A stretch of 64,000 nt of DNA from Candidatus Saccharimonadota bacterium (GCA_017531585.1 JAFXKT010000002.1:70203-134202), one strand, 5' to 3'. Counted from the first letter of the stretch, positions 9,322 through 19,990 are shown. Numbers and translations: made by a program. Notes: a model not told the origin generated them from the letters alone.

Positions 9322-9356
9322 GTTGGGCGATATAATATTAGCATTCGAGAGAAAAA

Positions 9357-9377
9357 GCGCACTATGTGCGCATTTTT
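9357..9377 (+). terminator. Second hairpin/terminator between pilin and sortase genes
   Basis: GCGCAC-TAT-GTGCGC hairpin followed by ATTTTT. Confidence 0.5.
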
Positions 9378-9403
9378 CAGAGAATGCGCCATATTAGACC
9401 GAA

Positions 9404-9412
9404 TGGTATAAT
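9404..9412 (+). promoter_or_regulatory. Extended -10 promoter (TGGTATAAT) of the sortase gene
   Basis: TGgTATAAT ends at 9412. The ATG at 9413 abuts it. The second in-frame ATG (9419) lies exactly 6 nt downstream, which is the leaderless geometry. Confidence 0.55.
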
Positions 9413-10249
9413 ATGCTTATGAAAAGATTGGCGTCTATCAAAAACCGTTTGACGACGATTATTTTTGTCGTGTCGGTCACGATCGGTATTTTACTAATAG
9501 TCGCACCCTTGGTTGTTGGCGCAATTAATCAGTCTCGCGCGAATGGCGTAATTCAGTCTTATCAGAATAATGTAGGTCAGACCGAGAATAGAAATGATGA
9601 GCAATTTGCGCTTGCAGATAAGTATAACCAGGCGATTTCTGGGGGCATTGGGGATAGCGAAATATTAAAACAATATAACGACATTCTAAATGTCGAAAAT
9701 GGTGTGATGGGGTATATTGAGATCCCTCGTATTGGTATTCGCAATCCTATATATCACACGGTTGAAGAAGATGCCTTACAAAAAGGTATTGGCCACATGC
9801 AAAATACTTCGTTTCCGGTTGGTGGTTCTGGCACACATGCCGCCCTGTCTGGGCATCGTGGCCTCCCGATGAGTAAGTTATTTACGGATCTTGATCAGGT
9901 TAAGGAAGGGGATATTATCCTAATTAAAATCCTCAATCGTACGCTTGCATACAAAGTCTATAAAATAGAAGTGGTCGAGCCGACGCACGAAGGAGGTTTG
10001 GCGGTTGTTCCGGATAAAGATTTGCTGACTCTTGTCACTTGTACGCCTTATGCGATTAATTCCCATCGGTTGCTGGTCCATGCGGAACGTACGGAATATG
10101 TCGAGGAAATGGCAGAGATTAAGACCGAATTTACGATTTCCGAATCCCAACGAATTCTCTTGATTGCACTCGGTGTTGTTGCTATGATCTTAGCTCTAGA
10201 TATTGTCGTAATTCTAAAACGTCGCAAACGCGAACGCGCGGCGGATTAA
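9413..10249 (+). CDS. srtC: Class C (pilin-polymerising) sortase
   Basis: TLVTCTPYAINSHRLLVHAER catalytic TLxTC motif and HAALSGHRG His region. It has both an N-terminal TM and a C-terminal TM followed by KRRKRER, the class C hallmark. The true start is probably ATG 9419 (MKRLASIK...). Confidence 0.85.
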   Translation: MLMKRLASIKNRLTTIIFVVSVTIGILLIVAPLVVGAINQSRANGVIQSYQNNVGQTENRNDEQFALADKYNQAISGGIGDSEILKQYNDILNVENGVMGYIEIPRIGIRNPIYHTVEEDALQKGIGHMQNTSFPVGGSGTHAALSGHRGLPMSKLFTDLDQVKEGDIILIKILNRTLAYKVYKIEVVEPTHEGGLAVVPDKDLLTLVTCTPYAINSHRLLVHAERTEYVEEMAEIKTEFTISESQRILLIALGVVAMILALDIVVILKRRKRERAAD

Positions 10250-11271
10250 GGCTTATCCCAGTCGAAGCCTTCGCCAAAATGACCATATTCGGCGGTCTTG
10301 GCATAGATTGGACGAAGCAGGTCTAACTTTTGGATTATTCCGCGCGGACTCAAATCGTAGTCTTCTGGTGGTATTATGACTGGCTTGCCATCTACAATAG
10401 CCGTACGTTCAAGTGCTTCGCTAAAGCCGATGGCATAGGCTAGGCGAACAAACACTTCATGAGCTTTGTATTTGCGCAAGTAATCTACTGCGATTTTTCT
10501 TGCAATATAGGCTGCCGATCGGTCGACCTTGCTCGGGTCTTTGCCAGAGAATGCTCCGCCGCCAATTGGGATGCTTGGCCCATAGTTATCTACAGCGAGT
10601 TTTCGCCCAGTTAAACCAGCATCGGCATCGAATCCGCCAATCGTCCAGTCGCCACAAGGGTTAAGATGGTATTCGATATCTTCGGACTGAAAGAATTCGC
10701 TCGCTAACCTTTTGAGTTCTGCCTGGCTGGCGTTTTGAAAGCTCGCCACAACCTTAACTACTTTATCTCCGTCCAAGGTGACCTGGGTTTTGCCGTCAAA
10801 AGGGAACTTGCTATAGATAAATTGGTTGAATCTGCGCGCTAAAACAACTTCTTTTGGTAATAGTTCAGGTGTCTCGTCATTAGCGTAACCAATCATGATG
10901 CCTTGGTCGCCAGCGCCGCCAGTATCGACACCTCGTGCAATTTCTGGACTCTGTTCCTTGATATTAATAATAATCCTTATCTTATTTCCGATAATACTGC
11001 GGATTATTCCCTCGATTTCAGCCTTGCTGATTTTTGTGGTAGAAGAAATTTCGCCAGTGGCAAAGAATTGGCTATGACCGCCAGCGCAATCTACTGCTAC
11101 GCGAGCATAAGGGTCACGGGCAAGATAAGTATCAAGGATTGAATCGGAAACACGATCGCAGAGCTTATCTGGATGTTTCGGAGAGACGGATTCTGCCGTG
11201 CGCAAAAAGCCAGGCGTGGAATTAGCAATTGATAAAGATTTGAGCGCAACGCGCTTTGAAGATTTTGACAT
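10246..11271 (-). CDS. metK: S-adenosylmethionine synthetase, compact 341-aa form
   Basis: HPDKLCDRVSD, GAGDQGIMIGYA, GGGAFSGKDPSKVDRSAAY and TAEYGHFG motifs. Preceded by a SAM riboswitch. Confidence 0.9.
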   Translation of the reverse strand: MSKSSKRVALKSLSIANSTPGFLRTAESVSPKHPDKLCDRVSDSILDTYLARDPYARVAVDCAGGHSQFFATGEISSTTKISKAEIEGIIRSIIGNKIRIIINIKEQSPEIARGVDTGGAGDQGIMIGYANDETPELLPKEVVLARRFNQFIYSKFPFDGKTQVTLDGDKVVKVVASFQNASQAELKRLASEFFQSEDIEYHLNPCGDWTIGGFDADAGLTGRKLAVDNYGPSIPIGGGAFSGKDPSKVDRSAAYIARKIAVDYLRKYKAHEVFVRLAYAIGFSEALERTAIVDGKPVIIPPEDYDLSPRGIIQKLDLLRPIYAKTAEYGHFGEGFDWDKP

Positions 11272-11365
11272 ATCTTTCCTTTCTTGGCTGGAATTACCAC
11301 CTTGCTCGAAGAGTAGGTTGGTAGCAGGTCAAAGGGCCAGTCCCTCGCTGCTTCTTGATATTAGT
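11272..11365 (-). promoter_or_regulatory. SAM-I-clan riboswitch (S-box) in the metK 5' UTR
   Basis: Minus-strand RNA: AUAUCAAGAAGCAGCGAGGGACUGGCCCUUUGACCUGCUACCAACCUACUCUUCGAGCAAGGUGGUAAUUCCAGCCAAGAAAGGAAAGAUAUG. It contains the conserved GAGGGAnUGGCCC, CAACC and GGUGnUAAUUCCAGC blocks. The P1 strands are AUAUC...GAUAU. Confidence 0.8.
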
Positions 11366-11406
11366 TAATGTACTATTTTATTTAAACACAAAAGATTTGC
11401 TCCAGC

Positions 11407-11442
11407 AAGAAAAAGGCCAGTCCCGGGGTGATGGGGCTGGCC
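11407..11442 (-). terminator. Intrinsic terminator of the 105-aa gene
   Basis: Minus strand: GGCCAGCCCC...GGGACUGGCC 10-bp stem followed by TTTTTCTT. Confidence 0.75.
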
Positions 11443-11483
11443 CTCTTTAGGAGATTAACGCCACTCATGGCAAAGAAGCGTCT

Positions 11484-11801
11484 TCATAGGATTGTAGGGA
11501 TGCCGTGCTGATCGAAACGGAACTTTATGGTTCTTGTCTCGAGTTTGACTGAGTAGACTTTTGACCTCCGATAGAAAGGAATCATGCTATGGATACGATT
11601 ATAAGAATTAATCGCATTACTGAATTCTTTTCTGGCGGCGGCGAGAGCGTCTTTTGCTTCGGCGACCCGACGACGCCTTTCCTGCAAGGCGATGGCGTCT
11701 GTCTTGGGCAAGTTTTTAGCCTTGCGTTCAATAGCCTCGAATCTCTCTTCGAGTTGCAAGACTTTTTTGTAAAGCTCTGCTAGTCTGTCAGTGGTCATCA
11801 T
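11484..11801 (-). CDS. Hypothetical small coiled-coil protein
   Basis: 105-aa ORF with SD AAGGAGG 9 nt upstream of ATGATG and its own terminator. No recognisable family. Confidence 0.6.
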   Translation of the reverse strand: MMTTDRLAELYKKVLQLEERFEAIERKAKNLPKTDAIALQERRRRVAEAKDALAAARKEFSNAINSYNRIHSMIPFYRRSKVYSVKLETRTIKFRFDQHGIPTIL

Positions 11802-11891
11802 ACGCTTACACCTCCTTGTGTAATGGGCGAAATCGGATGCGATTTATAAGCTCATAATAACCTAATCTAGTGCAAAGTACAATCGAAGCCA

Positions 11892-11920
11892 ACAAAAAGC
11901 ACCGAGTAGATTCTCGGCGC
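11892..11920 (-). terminator. Intrinsic terminator of the 291-aa gene (hairpin with U-tracts on both strands)
   Basis: GCGCCGAGAATCTACTCGGTGC hairpin followed by TTTTTGTT on the minus strand. Confidence 0.7.
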
Positions 11921-11933
11921 TTTTCTTGTGGTT

Positions 11934-12809
11934 TTATTCTATAATTCCGCCGTCGCAAACGTTTCTGTAGATTAGCTCGCCGTCTTTGGATAGAGTTTCT
12001 TCGCCGTGGAACTCTTCGAGTGTACCCTCAACCTTAAACTCATAGACGAAGCCATCGCGTTCGAACTTGCGTGGACCACGAACCGGGATAATGTCTTTGT
12101 CTTTGCCGACCATGCTAAGAGCAGGGCGCAAAACGGCGTCCATGGCCGCCTCGGACATATCTGGGCGTAGCGTAATGCCGCGGTAGTTCATGCCCCATTT
12201 TGGCGCACCCTCACCGAGGTAAACAACTTCTTCGCCCATAAACTTAACGCCGCCAAAATATGTATCGTGGTAAGCGATACGCTCTTCGCCAAGCTTGGAT
12301 TCGTAATGGTAATCGTTGGAGCCTTCGCGACTTGAAGTAGTCTTGGCTTCGTCGCCACTGGCATAGGTTTGCTTCTTGGCTTCAATTAGGAAATCTGCGA
12401 GCTGTTGAAGATCGAAGCCTTCGTAGCGTGGTAGTTGATGTTCTGGAAGGCCGATGCTAAGAGCGTATTCGCGCATAGCAGAGTAATCTTCGCGGCTCTT
12501 GCGGTTAATCTTGAAGATCTTATTACTAAAGACAACAAAGTGAATATCTGCATTCTTGAAATCGCAGTACCAGTTTCCAATATGTTCGGTGTCAATAGAC
12601 TGGCTTAGGAGTTGGACGGCTTTCTCGATTCTGTCTTCGGAAATCTCGACGTCGTCGCAAGTCCACTGTTCGAGCCAAGGAGTCTCATGGGCTTCCTCGA
12701 CTTTCTCGACTTCTTGATTAGCAATAGATAGTAATCCTTGGCCGGCTAGTTCTTTGACTAGGCCAGGATTCTTTAAGCTTTCTTCAATAATAATTCCGCG
12801 GTAATTCAT
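11934..12809 (-). CDS. Hypothetical protein; the C-terminal half resembles DUF5680-type domains (low-confidence recollection)
   Basis: 291-aa ORF with promoter TGCTAAACT-N6-ATG and its own terminator. Motifs AKKQTYASG...YHDTYFGG.KFMGEEVV....P.WGMNYRG. MNYRGI occurs twice, at the N-terminus and at about residue 207. Confidence 0.65.
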   Translation of the reverse strand: MNYRGIIIEESLKNPGLVKELAGQGLLSIANQEVEKVEEAHETPWLEQWTCDDVEISEDRIEKAVQLLSQSIDTEHIGNWYCDFKNADIHFVVFSNKIFKINRKSREDYSAMREYALSIGLPEHQLPRYEGFDLQQLADFLIEAKKQTYASGDEAKTTSSREGSNDYHYESKLGEERIAYHDTYFGGVKFMGEEVVYLGEGAPKWGMNYRGITLRPDMSEAAMDAVLRPALSMVGKDKDIIPVRGPRKFERDGFVYEFKVEGTLEEFHGEETLSKDGELIYRNVCDGGIIE

Positions 12810-12815
12810 GGCTTT

Positions 12816-12824
12816 AGTTTAGCA
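12816..12824 (-). promoter_or_regulatory. Extended -10 promoter (TGCTAAACT) 6 nt upstream of ATG 12809
   Basis: Reverse complement TGCTAAACT-AAAGCC-ATG, with no SD. Leaderless geometry. Confidence 0.5.
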
Positions 12825-12856
12825 TTATTTTAGTACATGAGATATGCGGCGGCATG

Positions 12857-12887
12857 AAAAAACGCGTCATTGCTGGCGCGTTTTTTT
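12857..12887. terminator. Bidirectional intrinsic terminator
   Basis: AAAAAACGCGTCATTGCTGGCGCGTTTTTTT: a GC stem flanked by an A-run and a T-run. It terminates the minus-strand gene 12904-13458. Confidence 0.75.
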
Positions 12888-12903
12888 AAGGTGTTCGGAG
12901 TGA

Positions 12904-13458
12904 TTATTTCTTGCTAGTCGAAGCCATGGCGAGCTTGAGAATCTCAGCCATGCCGCAATGGTCAACTGATTCGTAGCTATCACCACAGCCATTCACATGG
13001 ACGATACAATCGAACAGGCTATTTATCAGATCCCCGAAGGGATCGCCATACGTATCGACCCAGCTCATATCGCTGTTTGGATTGAAGCAGCGGCCACTAT
13101 TGTCGAGTGAAATGTGAGTGAATGTATTCTCTAGCGACTGCACTGCAATTTTGACGGCAAATTCCTCAGTCCCGAGTTTATTGAGTTCATAGAGCCGATT
13201 GTATTCGCGTTCGATAATGTCGAGATTCTCGATGATCCGTTTTGTCTGCTCTGCGAAGTCAGGTCTTAGTGCAGTGCTAGCCTCAGCGATAGACTTGAGT
13301 GTCTGCACCACATGGCTTACGTCGTCGCTTTCGAATTCTACGTAGAGTGGCAGCACTTTAACGTTAAAGTCTTCGTCAATAGCTAACGACTCATGGTAGA
13401 CATTGTATGCTGCAACGTAAACGTCGAGCAGCTCTTTCGTTCTAGAGATAATGCTCAT
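12904..13458 (-). CDS. Hypothetical protein
   Basis: 184-aa ORF with SD GGAGG 9 nt upstream and a terminator downstream. No recognisable motifs. Confidence 0.6.
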   Translation of the reverse strand: MSIISRTKELLDVYVAAYNVYHESLAIDEDFNVKVLPLYVEFESDDVSHVVQTLKSIAEASTALRPDFAEQTKRIIENLDIIEREYNRLYELNKLGTEEFAVKIAVQSLENTFTHISLDNSGRCFNPNSDMSWVDTYGDPFGDLINSLFDCIVHVNGCGDSYESVDHCGMAEILKLAMASTSKK

Positions 13459-13581
13459 AGGGGTCGCCTCCGAAAAGATACTCTAGTCTAACGACTAGGC
13501 TGTAATATTATAGCATAAACAAGATAAAATGTCAATAAAGCGGATAAGGTGCGCTCTCGTCTCATCTCGGAATACATCAAT

Positions 13582-13608
13582 AAAAAAGAACCGCAAGGGT
13601 TCGTTTTT
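13582..13608 (-). terminator. Intrinsic terminator downstream of tRNA-Leu
   Basis: GAACCCTTGCGGTTC hairpin followed by TTTTTTA on the minus strand. Confidence 0.6.
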
Positions 13609-13614
13609 ATTGCT

Positions 13615-13701
13615 TGGTGCCCAAGATGAGACTCGAACTCATAATCCGGTAAGGGAAGCGGATTTTAAGTCCGCCGCGTATACCAATTCCGCCACTTGGG
13701 C
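13615..13701 (-). tRNA. tRNA-Leu (anticodon UAA), long variable arm, CCA encoded
   Basis: Reverse complement GCCCAAG TG GCG GAATTGGTATA CGC G GCGGA CTTAAAA TCCGC TTCCCTTACCGGATT ATGAG TTCGAGT CTCAT CTTGGGC A CCA. Confidence 0.9.
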
Positions 13702-13819
13702 ATATTATAAAAAATTTCTGAGGAATTTTCGCTTAGCTTGGTCTTTGAGAAATCTCAACGCTATTACTGATAGAGTGAAATTTCGAAAAGGCTAAGATAA
13801 GTGAAAATCACCAGAAATA

Positions 13820-13893
13820 TGGAGGTGCGTACCAGAGTTGCACTGGTCTACGAGGTTTTGCAGACCTCTGCGTAACTGCTCCGCCAACGCACC
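13820..13893 (-). tRNA. tRNA-Cys (anticodon GCA), U73 discriminator, CCA encoded; atypical T-loop
   Basis: Reverse complement GGTGCGT TG GCGG AGCAGTT ACGC A GAGGT CTGCAAA ACCTC GTAG ACCAG TGCAACT CTGGT ACGCACC T CCA. Confidence 0.8.
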
Positions 13894-14066
13894 ATATCAG
13901 TATTTTAGCATCTTGCGCTTAATATAATCAAGCTATCTTGAAATTTTTAAAACAAGAGAAACCCCGCTCGGATGAGCGGGGTGTCAGGAGAAGATTTGCA
14001 GTGTATTTTGTCAATATCATTCATGCTAATGCTTTCTTTTTAAGTGGAAAAGAGCATACTGTCTTC

Positions 14067-16337
14067 ATGAAAAATCTGGAGGCCAAGAAACAGCAAAAAT
14101 ATATCCCAAAATCCCAAATTAGCGGGCTTCGCCTGGGGTGGCTTCGAGAAATCTTCAGAAAAATCCATAACTTTGTATTTGTAAATCGTGCAAAAAGACG
14201 CGGTTTAAGGCTCGGCGCAATGAGTCTAGATAGGCAACAGACCGAGGCGGTGGTCGCTTGCGAGGATGCTCAATTGGTTTTGGCTTCGGCCGGGAGTGGC
14301 AAAACTATGAGCCTCTTGGCTAAGGTGGAGTATCTGGTTAATGAACTAAAGCTCCGCTCGGAGAACATCTTGGTTATTTCTTTTACGAGCAAAACCGTTA
14401 AGGAGTTGGTCGAGCGTTGCTCGGTTAAGGGCGTGCAGATTCGCACCTTTCATTCGCTAGGCAACCAGATAATCTCGGAGCAAAGCTCTGGCGACCTGGG
14501 CAAGAAAAAGCTAATTTCGCCTGAAGAAACTTCGAAGTTTATTAAAGATTCGATCCTAAAACATGCGAAATACTCTTCGGATTTTGCTAGAAAACTCAAT
14601 GATTATATCTTGTTCTATCTTTCGGCTCCTGCGGCTCCTGGGCAAGGCTTAAGCCTTAAGGATTTTGTGAGTTATAACCGCCTTTATCTTCGTCTGAGCC
14701 TAAGAGATGAGTTTCGGAAAGAGCTTATCGAGAAGGGCAAAATCAAAGGAGATTTTATTCGTAGTAAAGAAGAGCAGATTTTGGCTAATTGGTTAACTAT
14801 TCATGGCGTTAATTACAAATATAGGCAAAACTTCAAAGATTTGAACTATAAGCCCAGTTTTACTTGTGGAGATATTTATATAGATTTTGCCGCCATAGAT
14901 AAACGCGGCAAATCTATGCTCGGCAAAAGCTACTACAAAGACCTATGCTGGCGCCGCAAAATTCATATGTATTATAAGACGAAATATCTGGAGCTCGAAT
15001 CTTGGCGCTGGGCGGAGTGTGAACTGTTGGGCTACGCAAAAGAAAAGCTGGAAGGAATGGGTTTAAAGTGCGAGCGCCTAGACGAAGATAAGATATTTTG
15101 GCTAATTCGGAAGTACTATAGTCAGGATTTTGAATCTTTTCTAAAACAACTCGAAACCTTTTTGTCGCTTTTTAAAAACAGCATGCTTGGGTTTAAGGAT
15201 TTAAGAAAACGTGCTAAGAAGCCTAAGACGAAGTATGAGAGGTATCGGGCGGAGTTATTCTTGGATATTTTTGAAGTCATATACAAAGATTATGAAGAAT
15301 ATCTGGAGTTAAGCCGCCTCTACGATTTTGCCGACATGATAAACGAGGCTACTTGGCTGGTTCGCTCTGAGCCTAGCTGTATGCGCGGCTATGAATATAT
15401 TTTGGTTGACGAAGTGCAGGATTTGTCACCAAATCGCCAGCAGCTAATCCGCGCAATTCTGGACAAGAATCCAAAATGCCGACTCTTTGCCGTTGGTGAC
15501 GACTGGCAATCTATCTATCGTTTTACGGGTAGTAATCTTGAGCTGATCAATAAATTCGAGCAATATTTTTGTAGGTATACAAGGCGGAGTCTAATTGAAA
15601 CAACGCATCGTTTTGGCGCGCCAACCTTGCAAAAGAGCTGCGCGTTCGTGGAAAGAAATCCTCTTCAGATTCACAAAAGAGCGCGCAGTTCTAAAAAGAC
15701 TGCAACTCCAATCGAGATTGTCTTGAATGATGAGAACTCGGAACGTTTCTCGGATGTGTCGGCTTTCGAAAAAGTCATTAAGAAACTCCATGAGAAATAT
15801 GGCTATGAAAAACTGAGCAAAATGGAACTGCAGATTATCTCGCGCTTTAACTCGGATATTAATCGGCTAAAAGCAGAGAATATTGAGATTAAGGATCAGC
15901 AAGTTGTCTGGCGGAATAATAATGGTGAGGAGCTGAAGTTCGAATTCTGTTCCATGCACAAGTCTAAAGGCATAACGCGAGATATTGTGATTGTCCTAAA
16001 TATGAATTCGGATATTATGGGGATGCCGGCGCAAAGGGAAAATGATCCGCTACTGGATATGCTACTCTCAAAAGAGGAACAGTTTGCTTTCGCAGAGGAG
16101 CGGCGCCTGTTTTATGTTGCGATTACTCGCGCTAGACTTGCGACAATCCTGCTAACTAGTCCAAAGAATCCTTCGCCGTTTCTGCTCGAGCTATCATCTA
16201 AGCTGGCAAGCCTAAAAGGCGAGCTATGCCCGCGCTGTGAAACGGGGCAACTGATCAAGAAAAACGGCAAGAAAGGTATCCTGTGGTATTGTTCAAATTT
16301 TCCTTACGGCTGCAACTTTATCCGAAGGGCTAGATAA
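14067..16337 (+). CDS. UvrD/Rep/HelD-like superfamily 1 DNA helicase with C-terminal topoisomerase-type C4 zinc ribbon
   Basis: Walker A LASAGSGKT, motif II YILVDEVQD, FAVGDDWQSIYRFTG, MHKSKGITRD, RRLFYVAITRAR. C-terminal CPRCETGQ...WYCSNFPYGCNF. The ORF track starts at TTG 13938. I prefer ATG 14067 (CATACT-N6-ATG) because the 43 upstream codons look non-coding. The start remains uncertain. Confidence 0.85.
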   Translation: MKNLEAKKQQKYIPKSQISGLRLGWLREIFRKIHNFVFVNRAKRRGLRLGAMSLDRQQTEAVVACEDAQLVLASAGSGKTMSLLAKVEYLVNELKLRSENILVISFTSKTVKELVERCSVKGVQIRTFHSLGNQIISEQSSGDLGKKKLISPEETSKFIKDSILKHAKYSSDFARKLNDYILFYLSAPAAPGQGLSLKDFVSYNRLYLRLSLRDEFRKELIEKGKIKGDFIRSKEEQILANWLTIHGVNYKYRQNFKDLNYKPSFTCGDIYIDFAAIDKRGKSMLGKSYYKDLCWRRKIHMYYKTKYLELESWRWAECELLGYAKEKLEGMGLKCERLDEDKIFWLIRKYYSQDFESFLKQLETFLSLFKNSMLGFKDLRKRAKKPKTKYERYRAELFLDIFEVIYKDYEEYLELSRLYDFADMINEATWLVRSEPSCMRGYEYILVDEVQDLSPNRQQLIRAILDKNPKCRLFAVGDDWQSIYRFTGSNLELINKFEQYFCRYTRRSLIETTHRFGAPTLQKSCAFVERNPLQIHKRARSSKKTATPIEIVLNDENSERFSDVSAFEKVIKKLHEKYGYEKLSKMELQIISRFNSDINRLKAENIEIKDQQVVWRNNNGEELKFEFCSMHKSKGITRDIVIVLNMNSDIMGMPAQRENDPLLDMLLSKEEQFAFAEERRLFYVAITRARLATILLTSPKNPSPFLLELSSKLASLKGELCPRCETGQLIKKNGKKGILWYCSNFPYGCNFIRRAR

Positions 16338-16345
16338 CGCTAGAA

Positions 16346-16354
16346 TGATATAAT
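16346..16354 (+). promoter_or_regulatory. Extended -10 promoter (TGATATAAT) 6 nt upstream of ATG 16361
   Basis: TGATATAAT-AATTAT-ATG with no SD. Confidence 0.55.
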
Positions 16355-16360
16355 AATTAT

Positions 16361-19460
<3,100 letters not shown>

Positions 19461-19465
19461 AATAA

Positions 19466-19494
19466 CTCCCGTCAGAGACTGGCGGGAGTTTTTG
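19466..19494 (+). terminator. Intrinsic terminator of ligA
   Basis: CTCCCGTCA-GAGAC-TGGCGGGAG stem-loop followed by TTTTT. Confidence 0.8.
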
Positions 19495-19515
19495 GGGTGG
19501 TGGGGTGGATAGAAA

Positions 19516-19851
19516 TCAGGTTGTTGCTGCGATGGCTGCTTCAAGGCGTTTAGCGCCATTGATATGCATGTTGCCCATCTGTACAACGCCCATGTCACAC
19601 AGCTCGGTGCTTGCATTGAAAGCGAATACGCGGCCGCCCTCCTCAAGTGCCTTGCTGATGCGCAGCTGGTGACGTTCCTCGAGCTCTTCGAACTTCATGC
19701 TCTCAGCACTGGTGTGACAGCAGAAGCCGCCGAGCTTATGAACCAGTACGGAAATCATGTTTGCGACTCTCCGGTCATCACTGCGGAAGCTTGAAGGGAT
19801 AAGCACGAGAATATTCTCCGCATTCATGACCTGCTTCTTCATCTTTTTCAT
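19516..19851 (-). CDS. Hypothetical protein
   Basis: 111-aa ORF with SD GAGGTG 5 nt upstream of the ATG. No family recognised. A shadow ORF lies on the plus strand. Confidence 0.5.
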   Translation of the reverse strand: MKKMKKQVMNAENILVLIPSSFRSDDRRVANMISVLVHKLGGFCCHTSAESMKFEELEERHQLRISKALEEGGRVFAFNASTELCDMGVVQMGNMHINGAKRLEAAIAATT

Positions 19852-19990
19852 ATGTACACCTCATTTACTGCTATTTTTGAATTTGGGCGTTTGCGCCAAA
19901 TAGCAGTCTTTCTAAAGAACGATTTTCCTATTTTAACAGATAATAACAGATATGTCAATAGTTAAAATGCTAAAGTTTGAAAATAGTATA

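Noticed and set aside
13529-13795. 88-aa plus-strand ORF
   Set aside because: It runs antisense straight through tRNA-Leu (13615-13701) and a terminator hairpin, and has no SD. It is spurious.
19885-19915. Imperfect palindrome TTTGGGCGTTTGCGCCAAA upstream of the 111-aa gene
   Set aside because: The stem is short (4-7 bp with a bulge), no U-tract occurs on either strand, and no second copy exists in the window. The evidence is insufficient to call an operator or terminator.
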